DNA of 26,081 nt from an uncultured Clostridia bacterium (GTDB lineage Bacteria; Bacillota; Clostridia; Oscillospirales; CAG-272): contig CAMJDE010000001.1 in NCBI GenBank assembly GCA_946404295.1, positions 1 to 26,081 on the forward strand, in the 5' to 3' direction. Made by a program: the position numbers and the translations under genes. Below the pieces are notes generated by a model. It ran no database searches, was not told where the DNA came from, and saw nothing but the letters and a program-made list of their open reading frames with translations. This document shows, piece by piece, positions 7,277 to 14,949 of the stretch. How positions within the stretch are numbered: the first letter of the stretch is position 1; the number at the start of each line of letters is the position of its first letter.

Positions 7277-8530
7277 TCAGCCGTTCGGGTCGTTCAGCGC
7301 GCCGATGAAGAGCGGGATATTCGTCGTCGTATCGAAGAGGATATAGACGAAGGGACGGTCGAGGATCACCGACGGGACCTCGTCGGATTGGGCGCTTGCG
7401 GTTTTGCCTCTTACGGCGGTCACGGCGCCGGCGCGCGTCCCCTTCTCTCCGACCTCGATAAAGGTTTTGTGCCTGACCTTGCCGATATAGAGGGGGGTGG
7501 TTTCGGAAATCCCCGAGAAATCGGCTTTCTCAAGCAGAAAGGCGTCGGTCATCCCCATCTTGGAGAGGGCGTCTTTGAGATCGGTTTCAAACCGGGTCTT
7601 GAACTTCGGCAGTTTGGTTTCGACCGCGACGCGTTCGACGCTCCCCAGGATCTTTGCGATCCGCTCTCCGTCAAGGGTCGCGATATAATCCGCGATCGCG
7701 ATCCCCTTCGCCGGGAGTAGCGCGGCGAAGGCGTAGCGCCCCCCCACGTAGGGCTTGATGAACCCGACCGCACGGTCGCCGTCGGACAGGTAACGATATT
7801 CACCGCCCGAAAGGAAGGTCACGGTCGCGTCGGTCCCGTCCTCTTTGTGAAAGAGCCCGGACGATTTCTGGGTATTGAGCGTGTAGGGCGACGCCCATTT
7901 TCCGTCGAAGAGCAGGGCGTTGACGAGCAGCGCGAGATCGTCGTCCCGCAGGTCGTCGAGGATCGAATCGATCAGCCCGTCGGTATGATCCTTCACCCAT
8001 TGATTGACGTCCTTGACCGTCGTTTTGTCAAACGGGGCGCGGAAGGCGCCCGCGCGATAGACGTCGGCGTTGATCTGCAGAAAGTCCTCTTTGACCGAGA
8101 AGCGCGGGTCGTCGCGGAGCCAGATCGAGTCGGCGACGGCGAGCGTGACGCCGTCGTCCTTTTTCAGCGAAGCGAGGTAAGCCGCAAAGAAGGCGTTGAG
8201 TTCCCCGACCGTCATCCCGAGGGCGCTTTCCATCTGTGCCCGCGTCTCTCCCGCCGCGCCGTTTGCGGTCATGGCGAGGGCGACGAGAGCCGAGAGCGGG
8301 GAGAGCAGGGTGTTTTTGCCGTCGTAGGTCGCCCGGAAGAGCCGCGCGGCAAAGTCCACGGCGAAAGCCGAGGCGTCGTCCGGGACGGTCGCGGGTTCGC
8401 TCTCGCGGGGCGTGATCCCCGCCATCAGGTCGGTCGCGACGATCTTGTGTCGGCAGCCCGAGAGGGTCGGAACGAGGACGAAGAGCAGCGAGAGGGCGAG
8501 CAGCAGGGATAAAACGCGGGTTTTGCGCAT
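7277..8530 (-). CDS. serpin, lipoprotein; serpin B, 417 aa
   Basis: Lipobox LSGC; SPLSA; hinge EKGTRAGAVT; DRPFVYILFD...PLFIG. Ends LNDPNG like serpin A. AAAGGAG RBS. Confidence 0.95.
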   Translation of the reverse strand: MRKTRVLSLLLALSLLFVLVPTLSGCRHKIVATDLMAGITPRESEPATVPDDASAFAVDFAARLFRATYDGKNTLLSPLSALVALAMTANGAAGETRAQMESALGMTVGELNAFFAAYLASLKKDDGVTLAVADSIWLRDDPRFSVKEDFLQINADVYRAGAFRAPFDKTTVKDVNQWVKDHTDGLIDSILDDLRDDDLALLVNALLFDGKWASPYTLNTQKSSGLFHKEDGTDATVTFLSGGEYRYLSDGDRAVGFIKPYVGGRYAFAALLPAKGIAIADYIATLDGERIAKILGSVERVAVETKLPKFKTRFETDLKDALSKMGMTDAFLLEKADFSGISETTPLYIGKVRHKTFIEVGEKGTRAGAVTAVRGKTASAQSDEVPSVILDRPFVYILFDTTTNIPLFIGALNDPNG

Positions 8531-8586
8531 AGCAATTCTCCTTTCGGGGGCGGGTAACGGGTGGGGCGGTTTTCGACCCCGAACCG

Positions 8587-10377
8587 TTACCCGATCGGCT
8601 CGAAGTCGGCGGCGCCGTGTTTGCAGAGCGGACAGACGAAATCTTCGGGGAGTTCGTCTCCCTCGTAGACGTAGCCGCAGATCTTGCAGACGTAGCCCTT
8701 TTTGCCTTCGGTCTTGGGTTTGGGCTTGACGTTCTGCTGATAGTAGGCGTAGGTCATACTCTCGCGATCCGAGAGCACCCGCGCCTCGGTGACCGAGCAG
8801 ACGAACATCCCGTGCGTGTCGAGGTCGACGTACTGCTCGACCTTCAGCGACAGAAACGCGTTGATGCTGTCGGGGAGAAATACCAGTCCGTTATCCGAAC
8901 GCAGGACGTCGGTCCCCTTGAACTTGTCTGCCGTCCGCCCGCTTTGGAACCCGAACCGCTCGAAGAGCGAGAAGGGCGCGTCGGTCGAGAGGCAGTTGAC
9001 GTTCATTTTCCCGGTCTGCTTGATGATATGGTGCGAATAGTTCTGCTTGCTGATGCAGACGGCGACGCGGTTCGGGGTGTTCGTCACCTGGCTGACGGTA
9101 TTGACGATCAGCCCGTTGTCGCGCGTCCCGTCGTTCGACGTGACGACGTAGAGCCCGTAGCCGATCTTGAAGAGGGCGGTCAGGTCGTTCTTGTTCGCCG
9201 TCTCGCCGTTCTTCTGGATATAGTCGCGGCAGAGTTCGTCGGCGAGGGCTGTGATTTCGCCCCGGCTGACGTCGTTCAGAGCCGACGCGATCCGGACGGT
9301 CTGCTCGGTAAAGGTGATCTCCTTGCACCCCTCGAGCATCGAACGCATCACCTTCGCCGCCTGCGGCGCCCAGCTTCCGTTCTCGATCAGCGCGACGGTG
9401 CGGTTTTTGTACCCGCGCTCGACGAGATGCTCGATGAAGGTGCGCATAAAGGGGAAGATATCGGCGTTGTAGGTCGTGGTCGCCAGTACCAGACGCCCGT
9501 AGCGGAAGGCGTCCTCGACCGCCTCCGCCAGATCGTCGCGGGCAAGGTCGGTCAGAACGACTTTCGGGCAGCCGCGTTCTTTCAACTTATCGGCGAGCAG
9601 AAGAACGGCGTTCTTGGTGTTGCCGTAGACCGAGGTATAGGCGATCACGATCCCGTCGCTCTCGACGCCGTAGGACGACCAGGTGTTGTAGAGGTCGAGG
9701 TAGTACCCGAGGTTCTCTTTGAGGATCGGACCGTGCAGCGGGCAGATGATCCGAATATCGAGCGCCGCCGCTTTTTTCAAGACCGCCTGCACCTGCGCGC
9801 CGTATTTGCCGACGATGCCGAAGTAGTAGCGCCGCGCCTCGCACGCCCAGTCCTCGTCGGCGTCGAGCGCGCCGAACTTGCCGAACCCGTCGGCGGAGAA
9901 GAGGATCTTGTCGCACGCGTCGTAGGTCATAATGACCTCGGGCCAATGCACCATCGGCGCGGCGATGAAGGAGAGGGTATGCCGCCCGAGCGGGAGGGTC
10001 GAGCCCTCGCCGACCACGATCCGGCGGTCGGCAAAATCGCGCCCGTAAAAGTTGTTCATCATCGCGAACGCCTTTGCCGACGAAACGACCGTCGCGTCGG
10101 GATAGGTCGAGAGGAAATTGACGATATTCGCCGAGTGGTCGGGCTCCATGTGCTGGACGATCAGGTAGTCGGGACGGCGCCCGCCGAGAGCGGCGGCGAC
10201 GTTGTCGAGCCATTCGTGGGTGAAGTTGCGGTCGACGGTATCGAGTACCGCGACCTTCTCGTCCAGAATGACGTAGGAATTGTACGCCATTCCTTCCGGG
10301 ACGACGTACTGCCCCTCGAAGAGGTCGATCTTGCGGTCGTTGACGCCGACGTAACGGACGTCGGTTGTGATGTTCAT
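8587..10377 (-). CDS. fprA: flavodiiron protein (FprA core) fused to flavin reductase and rubredoxin domains (class D-type architecture)
   Basis: Diiron motifs HMEPDH, VHWPE, ADGFG and PLHG; flavodoxin YTSVYGNT; flavin reductase-like segment (IGYGLYVVTS...DTHGMFVC); rubredoxin CKICGY...CPLC. Confidence 0.92.
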   Translation of the reverse strand: MNITTDVRYVGVNDRKIDLFEGQYVVPEGMAYNSYVILDEKVAVLDTVDRNFTHEWLDNVAAALGGRRPDYLIVQHMEPDHSANIVNFLSTYPDATVVSSAKAFAMMNNFYGRDFADRRIVVGEGSTLPLGRHTLSFIAAPMVHWPEVIMTYDACDKILFSADGFGKFGALDADEDWACEARRYYFGIVGKYGAQVQAVLKKAAALDIRIICPLHGPILKENLGYYLDLYNTWSSYGVESDGIVIAYTSVYGNTKNAVLLLADKLKERGCPKVVLTDLARDDLAEAVEDAFRYGRLVLATTTYNADIFPFMRTFIEHLVERGYKNRTVALIENGSWAPQAAKVMRSMLEGCKEITFTEQTVRIASALNDVSRGEITALADELCRDYIQKNGETANKNDLTALFKIGYGLYVVTSNDGTRDNGLIVNTVSQVTNTPNRVAVCISKQNYSHHIIKQTGKMNVNCLSTDAPFSLFERFGFQSGRTADKFKGTDVLRSDNGLVFLPDSINAFLSLKVEQYVDLDTHGMFVCSVTEARVLSDRESMTYAYYQQNVKPKPKTEGKKGYVCKICGYVYEGDELPEDFVCPLCKHGAADFEPIG

Positions 10378-10402
10378 AGCGGTTTACTCCTTCGCTGTTT
10401 TT

Positions 10403-10431
10403 ATTATACGGCGGATTTGGAAATCTGTAAA
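10403..10431 (-). promoter_or_regulatory. sigma-A promoter of fprA
   Basis: Minus strand TTTACA-N17-TATAAT. AAGGAG RBS before ATG 10377. Confidence 0.7.
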
Positions 10432-10471
10432 GGGACAAAACGCACCCGGGGGTGGCGGGCGCAAAGCGCCC

Positions 10472-10687
10472 GCGTGAAGTGCTTGCTTCGCAAGCGTGAA
10501 GTGCCGCGCGGGGCGCGGCGTGAAGTGTTTGCTTCGCAAACGTGAAGTGCGGCGGGGGACCCCCAACGCTCTCAAGTTCGCGTCGGGGAACCCCTACTTC
10601 GGGAACCCCCAACGCTCTCAAGTTTGCGTCGGGGAACCCCTACTTCGGCACTCCGCGTGAAATGTTTGCTTCGCAAACGTGACGTGT
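10472..10687. repeat. REP-like palindromic repeat cluster (3 x 33-bp unit A, 2 x 44-bp unit B)
   Basis: Unit A GCGTGAAGTG(T/C)TTGCTTCGCAA(A/G)CGTGAAGTGC at 10472-10504, 10518-10550 and 10655-10687. Unit B ACCCCCAACGCTCTCAAGTT(C/T)GCGTCGGGGAACCCCTACTTCGG at 10559-10602 and 10605-10648. Confidence 0.9.
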
Positions 10688-10860
10688 TTCCCTACGGTCG
10701 GCGTGCAAACAGACCAGATGAAAAAAGAATAAATACGGTTGCGGCTATAGAACCGCAAAACGGCGAGAGAGCGCCGTTTTGCTCTTCAATAATGACCCAT
10801 TATTGAAGTTCTTTGCCGCGCTTTCTTACAAGAAAGCGGGCGGTTTTCTCCCCGTTCCTC

Positions 10861-11316
10861 TTACAGTTTCCCCTGCTCGATATCGGCGATCATACCGACG
10901 CGGATCGCGTGGCGGCCGCCCTCGAAATCGGCGGAAAGGAAACTGTCGAGGATATCCTGCGCCAGGCACGAGCCGATGACGCGCGCGCCGAGGCAGATGA
11001 CGTTGGCGTCGTTGTGGTTGCGGGTCAGGCGTGCGCTGTAGGTATCCGAGCAGAGCGCGGCGCGGATCCCGTCGAACTTATTGGCGCACATACTCATCCC
11101 GATCCCCGTCCCGCAGATCAGGACGCCGAAGGTATGGTCGGGGTCCTTCTGCACCTCGCGGCAGACCGCCGCGGCAAAGAGCGGATAGTGGCAGGACGCC
11201 GTGCTGTCGGTGCCGAGGTCGGAGACGTCCCAACCCGAATCAAGCAGGTGCTTTTTCAGTTCCTCTTTCAGGGGGAATCCCGCGCTGTCCGCGCCGATAA
11301 AGATCTTCCGTTTCAT
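10861..11316 (-). CDS. rpiB: ribose-5-phosphate isomerase B (RpiB/LacAB family)
   Basis: GVLICGTGIGMSMCANKFDGIRAALC, RNHNDANVICLGARVIG and FEGGRH..RV. Start set at ATG 11316 (MKRKIFIGAD). Confidence 0.93.
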   Translation of the reverse strand: MKRKIFIGADSAGFPLKEELKKHLLDSGWDVSDLGTDSTASCHYPLFAAAVCREVQKDPDHTFGVLICGTGIGMSMCANKFDGIRAALCSDTYSARLTRNHNDANVICLGARVIGSCLAQDILDSFLSADFEGGRHAIRVGMIADIEQGKL

Positions 11317-11350
11317 TATATAGTACCGTCCTTTCGGGTTTTGATCGGAT

Positions 11351-12055
11351 TCATTTCCCGCCGAAGCGGCGGGTGGTCTCCGCCTGCGATTCGCGGAGAT
11401 ACGTCGGGGCGAGTTCCTCCCCGTCGACCGCCCCCGCCTCTTCGACCTCCCGGAGCGCCACACGCCCGCAGGAAACGGCGGAATGGGGCAGCAGCACGTC
11501 GGGCAGTTCGACAAGTTCGATCCCCGCGTCGCGAAACGCCGGCGCGGCGACCTCAACTCCGTCCCCGACGAGCATCACCGGGCGACCCGGATAGTCGCGC
11601 GCGACGAGAGCGGCGAGCTCCGAGGCGGGTAGGGCGGCGTCGGGAGAGAGGCGCGCCGTCTTGCCGTCGCGGGCTTCAAAGAGTGCGGCGTAGACCTCGC
11701 CGCGCCGCGCGTCCATTACGGGGCAGACCAAGCCGGAGAGCGGCAGGACGTTTTCGGCGAGCGATTCGAGCGTGCTGACTCCGCGGCAGACCTTGCCGCG
11801 TCCGAAGGCGAGCCCCTTCACCAGCGCGACGCCGATCCGCACCCCGGTAAACGAGCCGGGTCCCGCCGTCACGGCGAAGAGATCCACGTCGCGTGCCGTG
11901 ATCCCGGCGGACTTCATCGCCGCCTCCGCCATCGGGAGCAGCGTCTCGCTTCCCGTCATGGCGTCGCCCGCCGAAAAGGTCGCGAGGATCTCGCGGTCCC
12001 GGAGCACCGCGGCGGACGCCCCCTTCGCGGGGCAGGTAAGCGCAAGAACGATCAT
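11351..12055 (-). CDS. tsaB: tRNA t6A biosynthesis protein TsaB
   Basis: SETLLPM, DLFAVTAGPGSFTGVRIGVALVKGLA, PVMDARRGEVY and LAPTYLRESQAE. ATG 12055 follows an AAAGGAG RBS. Confidence 0.92.
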   Translation of the reverse strand: MIVLALTCPAKGASAAVLRDREILATFSAGDAMTGSETLLPMAEAAMKSAGITARDVDLFAVTAGPGSFTGVRIGVALVKGLAFGRGKVCRGVSTLESLAENVLPLSGLVCPVMDARRGEVYAALFEARDGKTARLSPDAALPASELAALVARDYPGRPVMLVGDGVEVAAPAFRDAGIELVELPDVLLPHSAVSCGRVALREVEEAGAVDGEELAPTYLRESQAETTRRFGGK

Positions 12056-12069
12056 AGGTCGGTCTCCTT

Positions 12070-12504
12070 TCACGGGTTTTCGGGGCGGTTTTCGACCGTG
12101 ATCCGGCGTCCGGTTTCACCGTCGGTCCGCTCGATCCTGACGCGGATCGCGTCGTCGGGGATCGCCCCGGGGATCTTCTCGCTCCATTCGCAGAGCAGGT
12201 ACCCTTTGCGGGCAAGATAATCGTCGTAGCCGACCGAGATCAGGTCGTCTTCGTCCCTCAGCCGATAGAGGTCCATGTGGATCACGGTTTTCGATCCGCT
12301 GTATTCGTTGACCACCGTGTAGGTCGGGCTCTTCACCCGGTCGACGCCGAAAAAGCGGCAAAACCCCCGGACGAACGCCGTCTTTCCGACTCCCATCTCG
12401 CCGTAGAGCGCGACGAAAGCGGAGGGACGGTCGGAGAGGGCGGCGGCGAGTTTCTCCCCGATCGCCTCGGTCTGTTCGGGGGAGAAAGTCAGATATTCGT
12501 TCAT
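12070..12504 (-). CDS. tsaE: tRNA t6A biosynthesis ATPase TsaE
   Basis: Walker A LYGEMGVGKT, VKSPTYTVVNEY, HMDLYRL and EW. Start at ATG 12504. Confidence 0.93.
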   Translation of the reverse strand: MNEYLTFSPEQTEAIGEKLAAALSDRPSAFVALYGEMGVGKTAFVRGFCRFFGVDRVKSPTYTVVNEYSGSKTVIHMDLYRLRDEDDLISVGYDDYLARKGYLLCEWSEKIPGAIPDDAIRVRIERTDGETGRRITVENRPENP

Positions 12505-12518
12505 CGTCAGCCCCCCTT

Positions 12519-13730
12519 TCAGAGATCGGTGAGATAGGCGTCGGCGCCGTCGCCAAGCAGGAACCTTTTGGCTTCTTCGTAGGCGACCTTCGCCGCCCGC
12601 ATCTTCTTTTCGTCGGGGCGCCGGATCGCGCGCAGGACGGTGTTTTTCGGGGTGTCGTCGGGATCGACCAGTTCCGCGGCGGTCACGTCGTAGCCCGCCG
12701 CCTCCAGCCTCAGACAGCGCAGTCCGTCGGTCAGCGCCTCGGCAAGTTTGCTCCGCAGTTTCGGGTGCCGGGTCACGAAGCCGAGTTCCGGGGCGACGAT
12801 CTTGCGATCCAGATAGCGGTGACAGCAGGGGGTCGAGAGGATCACCTTCGCCTGAAGGTCCGCCGCGGCGTCGAGCACGACGTCGGTCGCCGTATCGCAG
12901 GCGTGGAGCGAAACGACGAGGTCGGGGCGCCGGTCGCGGGGCAGTTTTCGGATATCTTCGGCGCGAAAGACCATGCCGCATCCGTCCCCGTCCGAGAGAA
13001 ATCCCGCGTCGCGGGCGATCCCGCGGCAGAAATCCAGCACGTCGGCTTTCAGATCCACGCAGAGCATTTCGACCCGGCGTCCCCGGATCGCGGTCAGATA
13101 GTGGTAGAGGGCGAAACTGAGATAACTCTTCCCGCAGCAGAGGTCGTAGACGAGCAGGGGACAGTCGCCACCGGGCAGTTCGTCGTAAATATCCGCGACC
13201 AACTCGAGAAAGCGGTTGATCTGCCGGAATTTCGGCTGCCGCTTATCGTGGACGCGCCCCCGCTCGTCCGACACGCCGAGCGCGAAAAGGAACGGCTCGT
13301 TCCCCGTCAGGATCCGGCGGGGTTCGCGATCCAGTTTGGTCAGGGTCGAGAGGAGCGGCGCGCCGTCCGATTCGTCGAGCGCGCGGCGGAGCCGGGCTTC
13401 GCCCCGGAGGGTCTCTGTCCCGCTCTTCGAGCGCAGGAGCACGACGTCGCCGACGGGGGTCGACAGGTCGGCTTGCAGATAGTTTTCACAGAGGGCGGGA
13501 AGGGTCGAAACGATCTCGTCCGGCGAGAGGGCGAACTGGCGCACCCGTCCGCCGGGGTACGTCTCCTCGAAAAAGAGGATCTTGCGCCCGCGCCGGACGG
13601 TCAGGCGGGCGGAGACCTTTTTCGCAAGGTCTGCGCTCTTCGGTTTGGAAAGCACAAAACGGCGGAGCAATTCATTCTCCGCCGTTATTCTGACGAGTTC
13701 CGCCATCGTTTCGCGCTTACCGTTTGTCAT
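12519..13730 (-). CDS. class I SAM-dependent methyltransferase (Methyltransf_32-like)
   Basis: KFRQINRFLE, VYDLCCGKSYLSF, VSLHACDTATD, STPCCH and TPKNTVLRA. Confidence 0.85.
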   Translation of the reverse strand: MTNGKRETMAELVRITAENELLRRFVLSKPKSADLAKKVSARLTVRRGRKILFFEETYPGGRVRQFALSPDEIVSTLPALCENYLQADLSTPVGDVVLLRSKSGTETLRGEARLRRALDESDGAPLLSTLTKLDREPRRILTGNEPFLFALGVSDERGRVHDKRQPKFRQINRFLELVADIYDELPGGDCPLLVYDLCCGKSYLSFALYHYLTAIRGRRVEMLCVDLKADVLDFCRGIARDAGFLSDGDGCGMVFRAEDIRKLPRDRRPDLVVSLHACDTATDVVLDAAADLQAKVILSTPCCHRYLDRKIVAPELGFVTRHPKLRSKLAEALTDGLRCLRLEAAGYDVTAAELVDPDDTPKNTVLRAIRRPDEKKMRAAKVAYEEAKRFLLGDGADAYLTDL

Positions 13731-14547
13731 CGGTCCCCTCGCTTTCCCCAGGCTCTTCGCACTTCGGCGCGCGGTGGAAAGAGAACTTCGATTCCTCGCC
13801 GTGTGTGATGCGCTTGATGTTCGGGATGTGTTTCAGGATGATGACGGCGGGGATAAAGAAACCGAACAGAACGATGTAGACCGGGGGATACGCCCCGCCG
13901 AAAAGCCCCTGAAAGAAGGGAACGAGAAAGACGGGGTAGAGCGCCGCCCCGACCGTCGAGCCGAGCGAGATGTAGCGGGTGAACGCCACCACGATCACGA
14001 AAATCCCGAAGAGGATCAGGGCGAGCCAACGGTTTAAGAAGAGGGCGACGATGAACGAGGAGAGCACGCCCTTTCCGCCCTTGAAGCGGTAGTAGATCGG
14101 GAAAACGTGCCCGAGGATGCAGAACGCGCCGGCAAGATAAGTGCCGACGACGATCGGGTTGTCCCCGACCGAGAGAATAAAGAGCGAGGGGTCGGACGGC
14201 TCAAACGCGAAGCCGCCGATCGAATAGAACCCGCAGCAGGCGGCGCCGAGCAGAACCGAGAGCACGCTTTTCAGGACGTCGCCGACGATCGTCGGGATCG
14301 CGCCCTTTACGCCGAACACGCGGAACATATTGGTCGCCCCGCCGTTCCCGCTCCCGTGCCGGCGGATATCGTCGCGGAAGAGGACCCGCGAGACGATGAA
14401 GGCGGTGTTCACGCTGCCGAGCAGGTAGGGGATCACGACGCAGCAGAGCAGAACGGCAAGCGGCTTGATCAAAAGAAAAAAGAGATCGTCGCCGACCGTC
14501 CCCGACGCGAGGATCCGCGCAAGGAATCCTTCCTGCAAAAAGTTCAT
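13717..14547 (-). CDS. plsY: glycerol-3-phosphate 1-O-acyltransferase PlsY
   Basis: YLLGSV, DIRRHGSGNGGATNMFR, DVLK, GHVFP...FKGGKGV and HIPNIKRI. ATG 14547 follows GGAGG. Confidence 0.93.
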   Translation of the reverse strand: MNFLQEGFLARILASGTVGDDLFFLLIKPLAVLLCCVVIPYLLGSVNTAFIVSRVLFRDDIRRHGSGNGGATNMFRVFGVKGAIPTIVGDVLKSVLSVLLGAACCGFYSIGGFAFEPSDPSLFILSVGDNPIVVGTYLAGAFCILGHVFPIYYRFKGGKGVLSSFIVALFLNRWLALILFGIFVIVVAFTRYISLGSTVGAALYPVFLVPFFQGLFGGAYPPVYIVLFGFFIPAVIILKHIPNIKRITHGEESKFSFHRAPKCEEPGESEGTDDKR

Positions 14548-14594
14548 AGTACCCCCCTCCGGCACTTCCGCCGGAACAACGTATTTCTATGCAA

Positions 14595-14623
14595 ATTATA
14601 TACCACTTTACGCGTAATGTCAA
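14595..14623 (-). promoter_or_regulatory. sigma-A promoter of plsY operon
   Basis: Minus strand TTGACA-N17-TATAAT. Confidence 0.85.
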
Positions 14624-14663
14624 GAGAGAAGAGAACGGAATCGGGTATGCAAAAGAAAATGAA

Positions 14664-14690
14664 AGCCGGGAAGTCGAAGACTTCCCGGCT
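14664..14690 (-). terminator. intrinsic terminator of nfn-PAP2-SGNH transcript
   Basis: AGCCGGGAAGTC-GAA-GACTTCCCGGCT 12-bp stem, followed by a U-rich run on the minus strand. Confidence 0.75.
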
Positions 14691-14694
14691 CAGA

Positions 14695-14905
14695 CCGTCG
14701 ACAAACTTGCATGACCGGCAGGTAAGAGTGCAAGAATCGGTTTCCCAAAGCAAACGCAGAAAAGAGGGACAGCGTTCAAAAGAAACGGGCGGGGCGGGCA
14801 AAAATGCCCGCCCCGCCATGCCTTTCGCCGTTTTCGCTCTCTGTCGTACGCCCGTACGCCGACGAGTACGAAAACGACGAATCCTGCCGCGTTTCTCTCG
14901 GTCTG
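14695..14905 (-). repeat. dispersed structured intergenic element, copy 1
   Basis: Aligns along its length with 22117-22321 (inverted) and in part with 24904-25038. Internal 13-bp hairpin GGCGGGGCGGGCA/TGCCCGCCCCGCC. Confidence 0.9.
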
Positions 14906-14949
14906 TCTTGAATTGCGGACTTTGTCTGCAATTCAAGCCGAAAACGGGA

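Noticed and set aside
10559-10648. Possible CRISPR array from 44-bp direct repeats
   Set aside because: Only two units separated by 2 nt, no unique spacers, and no cas genes.
14810-14905. Repeated peptide ARPA(L/M)PFA(A/V)FALCRT..RRRVRKRR in three ORF-track entries as a small protein family
   Set aside because: It is a translation of the non-coding repeat element, antisense to the flanking transcripts, with no consistent start or RBS.
14695-14905. Group II intron domain V/VI remnant as identity of the repeat
   Set aside because: No AGC/CGC catalytic triad with the DV stem-GNRA-bulge pattern on either strand.
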